From Prasinococcaceae sp. CCMP 1430 (Eukaryota > Plantae > Prasinodermophyta): a DNA stretch of 25,276 nt. The stretch is taken from the NCBI GenBank assembly GCA_013416795.1, contig RQSC01000535.1:1-25276 (forward strand), written 5' to 3'. Below are positions 8,321-16,052 of this stretch, piece by piece. A model generated the notes under the pieces. It worked only from the letters and a program-made list of their open reading frames with translations. It was not told where the DNA came from and searched no databases. A program made the translations under genes and the position numbers. Position 1 is the first letter of the stretch; each line of letters starts with the position of its first letter.

Positions 8321-9295
8321 ATGGCGTGGGGGTGGCTGGCGGCGTGCTGGGCGGCGGCGGTCGCCGCGACCGCGTCCGCGTGGTGCGCGGCAGGCGCGGC
8401 AGCCGCGGCCGCGCCGCACGCATTCGACCCCGGGCGCGACAGCTACGCAGAGCAGATCCGCGTTGTGCACGGTCACCCGGTGATCGCGTATGCGATGCAG
8501 CGCTCGGGGAGCAACCTGTGGCTCATGCTGCTGAACGAAGCGTACGGCGTGAAGAACTACGTGGGCGCGCAGCCGCCCCACGCACGGCAGCTGCAGTGCA
8601 GGGGCGACGAGAACACGCCGCTGTGGAAGCACTTTCGGCCATTCGACGACGCAGGCCTCGCAGGGAGTGGCGGCGTCGCACGGCCAGTCGCTCCGACGGC
8701 AGCGGCCATGAGGGGACTGCTGCAAGCGGACATGTGTGAGCATGGGGCAGGCTTCTACAGGCTCTGCGAGGGCGAGCGTTGGGGGAGCGAGCCCACGGTG
8801 CTCGTCATTGAGAAAGCGCTCGGCCCATGGCTGGTCTCCACGCGTGTGCTCTGCCCGAACTGCATCGCGATGGACGCCGCGCAGCCGTGCTCAAATAGGA
8901 TCCCTACAGAGGCGAGTCGAGAGAGCCTGTGGCGGCGCTTCTACACCTTCTGGGGGACGGTGGCGACCTCGGCACGGGGCGCACCTGAGGGCGAGGGTCT
9001 GCGCGTCGTGCGCGTCACGTACGAGTCGCTGCTCTACTCTCCAGAGGGATGCGCCGACGCAGTCGAGCGCGCCTACGAGGCGATCACATCCGCCGCACCA
9101 AAGAGCGGCGCCGCGATGAGGGTGTGCCGCCAATTGCACGGCGGTGGCATGAATGTGCCGAGGTCGGGCACACGCAGTATGGATGCCGTGCGCAACATGG
9201 ACATCGGGGGCGGCTGGAAGCGGTCGTTCTCCCGAGCGCGCGCCGAGGAGATCCTGCACCGCGAGGGCGAGGTCAACTCCACGTGGCCCATCTAG
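8321..9295 (+). CDS. Secretory or Golgi sulfotransferase-like protein (PAPS-binding P-loop fold), 324 aa
   Basis: Hydrophobic N-terminus MAWGWLAACWAAAVAATASAW; 5'-PSB-like IAYAMQRSGSNLW; WKH; 3'-PB-like VLVIEKALGPWLVS; VRVTYESLL (YEDL motif). Confidence 0.68.
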   Translation: MAWGWLAACWAAAVAATASAWCAAGAAAAAAPHAFDPGRDSYAEQIRVVHGHPVIAYAMQRSGSNLWLMLLNEAYGVKNYVGAQPPHARQLQCRGDENTPLWKHFRPFDDAGLAGSGGVARPVAPTAAAMRGLLQADMCEHGAGFYRLCEGERWGSEPTVLVIEKALGPWLVSTRVLCPNCIAMDAAQPCSNRIPTEASRESLWRRFYTFWGTVATSARGAPEGEGLRVVRVTYESLLYSPEGCADAVERAYEAITSAAPKSGAAMRVCRQLHGGGMNVPRSGTRSMDAVRNMDIGGGWKRSFSRARAEEILHREGEVNSTWPI

Positions 9296-9372
9296 TAGCG
9301 CTACTGCTTGAAGCAGAGGCTCCTTCCAGTACAAGCGACACTGTAGTAGGAGTAGCTACAGTCGTGTGCGTG

Positions 9373-9377
9373 TGTAA
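9373..9377 (+). terminator. Chlorophyte-type polyadenylation signal TGTAA
   Basis: TGTAA about 80 nt after the stop at 9295. TGTAA also follows the AP2 and cyclophilin stops. Confidence 0.45.
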
Positions 9378-9889
9378 CCGCTGAGCATTGCTTACAACCG
9401 CGTGCTTCATCGCCCGCGGCCGCGGCGACCCCGGTCTCTGCGCTCGAATCCGCCCAATAGACCGGGTCTGTCGTTGGTGATCTCGGACTCCCCCGGTCGT
9501 CAGGCTCCGTCTCTTGGGTTGGGATCGGGACGGGTTCGGGCGAGCGCGCGGGGCGCCTGACATAACAACGGCGGCAAGATCAAAACCTGCCCGCACGCGC
9601 GCGCGCGCGCGCGCGTTTTTGCGCGCTGCGCGCGGGGGGGGGCGGGCGGGCGAGGGCGACGGGCGCCACAGCGGCGCGCGCCGGTGGCTCCTGCCACGGC
9701 GCGCACGCGCGCCGTGGCAGGAGCGGTGCGCGAGGGGAGGGGTTCACGGGGGGGCCGCCGCGACCAGGTTGAGGGCTCCTCGGGGGAGGGGGGCGCAGGG
9801 GAGGCGCGCGCCGCAGCGCGGCGCGCGCCGCCTTTTTGGTCTCGGTTTTGGGGTGGGAGGGTGAGGAGCGAGGCGGGGTAGCTCGCGGC

Positions 9890-11347
9890 ATGCCGCGGCA
9901 GCGCAGAGACGGGGGCGCGGGCATGCCGCGCCCGACGCCCGGGTCAGTGGCGGCGATGAGGCGAAGGCGAGCGCTGTACGCCACCGTGGCCGCCGCGGGC
10001 GTCTACGCCGCGTACAAGGCCTACACGCGACGCGAGGCAAACGAGACCTACGTGCGCCTGCGCGCCGCAGTGCGCCGCGCCGCAGAAGCTGTCAACGGGC
10101 TCAGCACGGGCGCGGCGGCGCTCGGCAAGCTCGCGAAGGATGTGGCTGTCTTCCTGGAGTCTGGAGACGACGAGGTGCCCCAAAGTGTCTTGCAGGCGTG
10201 CAAGCTGCTGCAGAGCGATGCCGTTGCAGGCGCAGCGCAGGCCATCGCTGGCGCCGCTGCCCGGGGTACGGCGGCGGCCATGTCGCCCGCCGGCAGTCAC
10301 GACGGCGCCGAGCAGCGGACCGGGGGGGGCCTGCACTCGCTGGTGGACCTAGTCCTCACCAAGGTCTTTTCGGAGCGAGGGGAGAAATTCGCGGCAGCGG
10401 TGTGCGGGCGCGTGGCGCGCGATGCCGCCGAGGTGCTCGCACAGCGCGCCAAGGAGGGCAAGAAGGGTGACGAAGGCCCTACCTTGAAGGCGCTGTATGA
10501 CGGCTTGGTGGCGTGGTCCGAGCGACCCGCCTCTCAGCATCTCGTGGCGACGTGTGCTGCAACCTTCGCGAGGTCGGCGACTGAGGTGTACATGGCCAAG
10601 TCATCGCGCCAAGGGGAGTACGCGCACATGCTCGATGCCGTCGCGGAGAATCCGCACCGCCGCGAGGTGGTCGTGGACATGGTGGAAACCGCGTGCCGCG
10701 TGGCGGTGAATGCGTTCAGGGAGGCCACGAGACCACACACGCCCGCTGCCGTCAGGTACAAGTATGCGGCGCGCGCGCGCGAGGCCGAGGCGGAGGCGGA
10801 GGCGCGGGCGAAAGACACGGAAGCGGAGCGTGCGGGGGCGGCAGTGGATGCGGCTTCATCCGTCGAGGGCGGCACTGATGGCGGGCGGCGAACGGGCGAC
10901 GCCGAGGAAGGGTCGGGCCCGCCGACGCCAGACCACTTCGACATCGTCACCCCGGGGGCGAGGAAGCAACGGCAACCGCAGTGGGCGAACGACGCGGGAG
11001 GAGAGCTTGCCGCGGGCGGCGGCTTGGCTGCCGCAGCGGCGGCGCTCCTTGGCCGCACTAGCGGCGATGGCGGCGACAGCTTCGTGGTGACAGAGCTTTC
11101 CAAGGTCCTGCCCTTGCTCGCCAAGCCCGAGCACCGACGCCTCGTGAAAGATGTGACCAGCGCGGCCACCGGGGAGGTATATCGCTCTATGGTTCATGGC
11201 AGCCGCCTCAGCCGCACCGAGCGCCGCGTGGCGTCGGACCCGGTGGGCTCGGTCGCCTACCAGGCTAGCCGGCTCGCGAGCAGGGCGATGGTATGCGTCA
11301 CGACGGGCCTCACCGTGCTGCTGTACGCGGTGACTGGGCCGGCGTAG
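9890..11347 (+). CDS. PHLOEM PROTEIN 2-LIKE A10-like membrane protein (alternative starts 9923, 9956)
   Basis: RRRR + hydrophobic AGVYAAYKAY, DVAVFLESGDDEVPQSVLQACKL, LTKVFSERGEKFAAAVCGRVARD, F...ATEVY, LVKDVTSAATGEVYRS and a C-terminal hydrophobic segment match the remembered plant PP2-A10 family pattern. Confidence 0.75.
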   Translation: MPRQRRDGGAGMPRPTPGSVAAMRRRRALYATVAAAGVYAAYKAYTRREANETYVRLRAAVRRAAEAVNGLSTGAAALGKLAKDVAVFLESGDDEVPQSVLQACKLLQSDAVAGAAQAIAGAAARGTAAAMSPAGSHDGAEQRTGGGLHSLVDLVLTKVFSERGEKFAAAVCGRVARDAAEVLAQRAKEGKKGDEGPTLKALYDGLVAWSERPASQHLVATCAATFARSATEVYMAKSSRQGEYAHMLDAVAENPHRREVVVDMVETACRVAVNAFREATRPHTPAAVRYKYAARAREAEAEAEARAKDTEAERAGAAVDAASSVEGGTDGGRRTGDAEEGSGPPTPDHFDIVTPGARKQRQPQWANDAGGELAAGGGLAAAAAALLGRTSGDGGDSFVVTELSKVLPLLAKPEHRRLVKDVTSAATGEVYRSMVHGSRLSRTERRVASDPVGSVAYQASRLASRAMVCVTTGLTVLLYAVTGPA

Positions 11348-11500
11348 GCCCGTCGGCCGGCGCCAGCCTGTGAGGCCTTCTAGCATTCATGTAGAGACTA
11401 CTGTACGATATGCACACGCGACTCCATCTTCTAATTTTAAGCCGGTGTTGTGCCCCCCTCCCAGTCTCCTCGCGCGGGTGCTGCCCAACGGGGCATTCCT

Positions 11501-11538
11501 CGCCCGCGGCGCCCGCGGCGCCCGCGGCGCCCGCGGCG
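11501..11538. repeat. 9-bp tandem repeat (CGCCCGCGG)x4
   Basis: Four perfect units plus CG in the intergenic region. Confidence 0.85.
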
Positions 11539-12018
11539 ATGCACTGACCGGCAAGGTGCAGGATGCGACCAACCTGTCGGGAGTCCAAAGCTCGCCGTCC
11601 CCCCCATCATCCGCCCGCCGTGTGCCGCGGGCGCACGCACGCGCACGCAGCCGGCGCCCCTTCGGAAGCGCCACGCCACCTGTCCTGCACTTTGTACCAT
11701 CAGATGGTATTTTCGGCTCTCGTTTGCAAACCAGTAAGGGTTTTATGCTTATATAGGGTCTACAATTGGCGTCTCACCGCCGCGCTGGAGCATGCGGGGT
11801 CGCCGCGGCGTCGGATCCGCGCGGGCGCCCTCGGTTTCCGCGGGGCAACTCCGCGAATCCAAGGCGCCCCGCACGCACGCACACACGATCTCCGCCAACC
11901 ACGCGCGAGCGGCACCAGGAAGAGGGCGAGCGGCGTGCGCGCCCCGCGCGCCGGCGGCGAGGAGGCGGCTAAGAGCAGCGCTCGGCCCCCGTCACCGTTC
12001 GGGCGTTCCAGCAGCTCC

Positions 12019-14253
12019 ATGGCGCCGCACCGCGTCGACAAGGTGACGCGCCGATGGGAGAGCCACATCTGGCACGACAAACGCCAGTGTTACCTGGGCT
12101 CTTTCGACACGGAGGAGGACGCGGCGGTGGCCTACGACCAGGGCGCGCTCAGGCTGAAGGGGCGCGAAAAGGCGGCGCTGAACTTCCCGGAGCGCGACTA
12201 CTCCGAGTTCGAGCGCGAGACCCAGGGCATGGGAGCGGAGGAGGCGATCGCCCACCTGCGCCGCGCGTCGTCGGGCTTCTGTCGCGGGCAGGCTAAGTTC
12301 CGCGGCGTGAGCTTCCGCCCCGCCACGAAGAGGTGGGAGGCCCGCATGTCGGGCATCACGAGCCGGAAGTACACCTACCTGGGCACCTACGATTCGGCCG
12401 CGGAGGCCGCAGCGGCGTACGACCGCGCCGCGATCGCGTGCAAGGGCAAGGAGGCAATGACCAACTTCGCCATCTCGAACTACTCGGAGGAGCTGGGGGC
12501 GCTGGCAGCGGCGTCCAAGTCGAGCCTCCGCAGCAACGATGGCAGGCCCTCCCGCGCAACGGTGGCCGCGCTGAATGCCATGTCCGCGGATTACTTCGAC
12601 AAGGAGGCCGAGCGCAAGCGCAAGGTCGCAGCGTCTACCCCCGAGAGCGCGCGCAAGCGTAGGAGGAGGCAAGCGGAGGAGCGGAAACGCGCGGGCATCG
12701 CGCGAGGCGCAGGCGCCTTTGGAGCGTTCGGCGGCATCAACAGGGATGGAGGGGCCTTTCGTCTTCAGGAGTCGCCCCGGCGTGGGCACGCGCATGGAGT
12801 TGAGTCGCAGCGACAAGCGGGTGAGTTGCACGCTGGCGGCGGGCTCGTCCACAACCCCTTCGGCGGCAGCGCCGGAGCGAATGTGCTGCAGCCGAGCGCG
12901 CGCGTCAACCTGAACGCTGCTTTCGATCAGGGAGGCAACCCGGCCAGCCCACGCCGCCTGCTGTCGTACTCGAGCGCACCTCCTCCTTACCAGCAGCTGC
13001 TGGCGGCGACGCTGCCCATTCTGGGCTCGCCGGTGGCGCCCCACGGCGGGATGCCCTTCACGCAGGCGCATGTCGCGGCGACTCTGCTGCTGACCCCGCC
13101 GGGACACGGCGACCCCGTCACCGACGAGAATCGAGGACCGCTGAGCGCTAACATTATACGCCACGAGGGTGCGGGTGCACACCTCGGGATGCCACCTGGA
13201 AATGCTGCCGCACAGGCTAAGGCGAAGCGCCGCTCGTCCATCGAGCTTTTCCCCGCGGCGAACGCCGCCTTGCACGGCCCAGAGCGCGACGGCAACGGCG
13301 TGTTGCCACCGTCTGGAAGCGAATCACCGGTGCCCCATCTGTCAGACCATTCCACGGGATGCGGGGGGGGGGCTGCCGAAATGCAGCAGCCGAGCGCCTT
13401 CGCCGAGGTCTCGCCGATTCCGGTGACACCAGCGGATCACCAACCACCTCACGACCGACCTGGTTTTGGTGGCGATGCCCAGCAGGGCGCTACGAACGCT
13501 GGTGGCAGTGGGCGCCGTGGTAATGCTTGTGCAGCTGCCGCCGAGCAGCCCGTGCCCGTGGTCTGGGACGAGCTCTTCCAAGCCGGGGGCGGAAGCGGGA
13601 ACGCGCCCCAGCCGGGCACCGCAAGGAGCGCCGCGAGTGCGGGGGATGGCGGCCGCGCAGATGCCAACGCCAACGACAGTCTGCGCTTGCCCGGGGACGC
13701 CTCGCTGCGCTCGCTGCGCTCGCTGCAGAGCCTGCGGCACCTGAGCTCAAGCTTCCAGGAAAGTCAATTTTCAAAGCTCTTCCCGCGCGAAAGCAGCAAA
13801 AGCCTCATGATGGGAGTCGATGCCACCGCGTTCGAAGAAACGCTGCGCGTTTGGCAGGACAACGCGGATGAGATGAAGACCCCGCTCCCCGGCCAGCGCG
13901 CCTCAGCGACGAACGCGGCGACGCCAGGGGCGCCGCCGGCTGCAAGGCAAGCGACCAGTGGCGCGAGGGCAGGCACGCAGGCGACGGGCGAGGACTCGAC
14001 CCCAGCCCCAACGACTGCGATATCCGGCGCGCATACCAACGCGAAGACTCCCGCAGACCTCCTGGTGAGGCCGACCCCCTTTCGTGCCGTTCCGAGCGGG
14101 CGCAAGCTCGGCGCGATCCCGAATGCCGATGAGATTGGCTCCGCTGTTCAAGCGTGGGGCGAGACCCCGGGAGCCTTGCGCACGCCGTCCTCACTCAGGG
14201 ATCTGCTGCGAGTGTTCGAGGCGGAGGGCACTGCTGCTGAAGAGCGCGGATGA
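12019..14253 (+). CDS. Double-AP2-domain transcription factor, euAP2-like; start uncertain
   Basis: R1 RWESHIWHDKRQCYLGSFDTEEDAAVAYDQGAL...LNF; linker LRRASSGFCRG; R2 KFRGVS...RWEARM...YTYLGTYDSAAEAAAAYDRAAI...TNF; basic NLS-like RKRK and RKRRRR; long low-complexity C-terminus. Confidence 0.9.
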   Translation: MAPHRVDKVTRRWESHIWHDKRQCYLGSFDTEEDAAVAYDQGALRLKGREKAALNFPERDYSEFERETQGMGAEEAIAHLRRASSGFCRGQAKFRGVSFRPATKRWEARMSGITSRKYTYLGTYDSAAEAAAAYDRAAIACKGKEAMTNFAISNYSEELGALAAASKSSLRSNDGRPSRATVAALNAMSADYFDKEAERKRKVAASTPESARKRRRRQAEERKRAGIARGAGAFGAFGGINRDGGAFRLQESPRRGHAHGVESQRQAGELHAGGGLVHNPFGGSAGANVLQPSARVNLNAAFDQGGNPASPRRLLSYSSAPPPYQQLLAATLPILGSPVAPHGGMPFTQAHVAATLLLTPPGHGDPVTDENRGPLSANIIRHEGAGAHLGMPPGNAAAQAKAKRRSSIELFPAANAALHGPERDGNGVLPPSGSESPVPHLSDHSTGCGGGAAEMQQPSAFAEVSPIPVTPADHQPPHDRPGFGGDAQQGATNAGGSGRRGNACAAAAEQPVPVVWDELFQAGGGSGNAPQPGTARSAASAGDGGRADANANDSLRLPGDASLRSLRSLQSLRHLSSSFQESQFSKLFPRESSKSLMMGVDATAFEETLRVWQDNADEMKTPLPGQRASATNAATPGAPPAARQATSGARAGTQATGEDSTPAPTTAISGAHTNAKTPADLLVRPTPFRAVPSGRKLGAIPNADEIGSAVQAWGETPGALRTPSSLRDLLRVFEAEGTAAEERG

Positions 14254-14411
14254 GGAGAAGTGGGCACGCCGTGCACCGGTGTACTAAATCATGGAGACAC
14301 AGATGCTCGCGTGCCGTCGCATGATATATCGAGCGAGAGTTGCCGCGAGCGCACGAGCGAGGCGCGCGGGTCTTATTATGGTGTCGAAAGCAAATATATG
14401 CCCGCGCCCGC

Positions 14412-14416
14412 TGTAA
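14412..14416 (+). terminator. Possible TGTAA polyadenylation signal of the AP2 gene
   Basis: TGTAA about 160 nt after the stop at 14253. Confidence 0.4.
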
Positions 14417-14780
14417 AATGTCGACCACTCGATGCACCCGCCCCAACATCGCCCACTCTCTGGGTCGGCGCGTGCCGAGGCACTACTCGCCACCTCTAGC
14501 CGGAGGCAGGCTCGCCGCCCGCGTCAGGCGCAAGCATTGCGGCCAGGCCGTCGCCGAAGTCTAGAGCGACAGAGCCATCGATGGAGCGGGATGCCATCGC
14601 ATATCCGTCCTGGGCGAGGGCCTCTGCCACCTCTGTCATCGCCGCGTCGTCAAAGCCCCAGTTCGGCTGGACTAGCAGGGTGGCGGTGCCGAGCTCATGG
14701 TCCGCGGCGGCGTCAACCACGCCAGAGGCACCGGGGTCTCGGCACGCTTGCATCCGGCGCGTGCGGAGTGTCGGGTACGG

Positions 14781-15273
14781 TAGGTGATCGAAGGTGAGCG
14801 CAACAAGGTTGCCATCCACCAGTTTATCGTCGCGATTTCCATCGGCTTCGCCCTCAACGCCGCCGCTGCTGCGCTCTTCGCCGGAGGACCGCCCGATCGC
14901 TTCGATAACCCAAGATGGAGCCTCAAGCTGGCGCTCGTCTTCCAGGCGGCCATCTTCCCGGCGCTGTGCGCGCTTTCTTTTTGTAGTGTCTGTGTCCAGT
15001 CTTGGTGTCGGTGATGACTAGGTCCGTGCGCAAGTCAGTGGGCTGGCCATTTTCGTCAGTACCGAACGAGTACTCAAACGAGTCGCTGGAGCTGGGGCCT
15101 TTGGTGTGCACGTGGTAGCCGGTGCGGCGAGCGACCTTCGCGAAGATGCGCACGAAGCGGTTATGGCGGTAGGTGCGCTCTCCAGCTGTCGACGTGCAGA
15201 CCGTGGCGTGGGCGCCGTTGATGCCTGCTGCGGAGTGGCACGAAGGAGCGTGTGACAACACTGAACGACGCAC
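14781..15273 (-). mobile_element. Probable decayed fragment of an RLE-type (CRE/R2-like) non-LTR retrotransposon: zinc-knuckle remnant plus restriction-like endonuclease
   Basis: SCHSAAGINGAHATVC-TSTAGERTY-RHN-RFVRIFAKVARRTGYHV...LRTDLVI fits the G.HA..C...RHN...RPD order. Downstream AAAAALRAK and LVALTFDHL lie in the other two frames. No RT domain seen. Confidence 0.55.
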
Positions 15274-15693
15274 TTACGTCGCAAGACCGGCGCAAGCGTG
15301 CGCTCATTTGAGGGACCGCCTGGCGCGCTTCACGTTCCAGACAGAGAAACAGAGAGGGCCGTCGGGATCCTTTTCGCGGAACTGCGCGCGCGAATCGCGC
15401 CCGTAATCACGCGGTCCCCGCGCTCGCGCGCGCCACCTGCTACCTCGCGCGACGGCCCTGGTGGTCCAATCGAATGAACCCGTCGGCATCCGGGCCGTGC
15501 CCCAGCCACAACCTGGCGAGATGGCGGACGGGGATCCAAAAAGCGCATGCAAGTCGTTGAGCAGAACGTGTCCATCACATTGCACGTGCACATTCGCATG
15601 CGTTTTGACGTCTCGGTGTTTTTTTTTGCGCGCGCGCGAAGCGACAGCGACAGCGACGGGGCGAGCCGCTGCGTGCCGCGCGCGGGCGCGGGT

Positions 15694-15767
15694 GCGGCGG
15701 CGCCACTCGGCGCACGCCAGGCGACGAGGCGCGTGCGTCCTGCCGACTTGTGCTCAACTCGCGCTCG

Positions 15768-15802
<35 letters not shown>

Positions 15803-15962
15803 GCTTCCTTCTGCGGCGCCATTCGCGTGCGGTGTGCGTGCGATCGCGGCGCCGCCGGCATTTTCGCGCGCGCTCGCGCGCGTGCAGGGCAGGGCAGGGC
15901 AGGGCGGGAGCCGCGTCGTGTGGGCGCAGCCGCGGCGGCGCCACTCGGCGCACGCCAGGCGA
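15694..15962 (+). repeat. 31-bp perfect direct repeat pair (15694-15724, 15932-15962) enclosing a C33 tract (15768-15800)
   Basis: GCGGCGGCGCCACTCGGCGCACGCCAGGCGA occurs twice, 238 bp apart, each followed within 3-4 nt by GCGCGTGCGT. Confidence 0.9.
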
Positions 15963-16052
15963 GAACGCGCGTGCGTTCTATCCAGTGCCCACCTGTCCTC
16001 AGCTCGCCCCAGTTTCTCCTTCCCCTCCCGCGCTTGCCTTTTCGGCGTCGCC

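Noticed and set aside
14784-15014. Small hydrophobic plus-strand ORF (membrane protein-like)
   Set aside because: It has a non-ATG start and no motif, and it is antisense to the better-supported retroelement relic.
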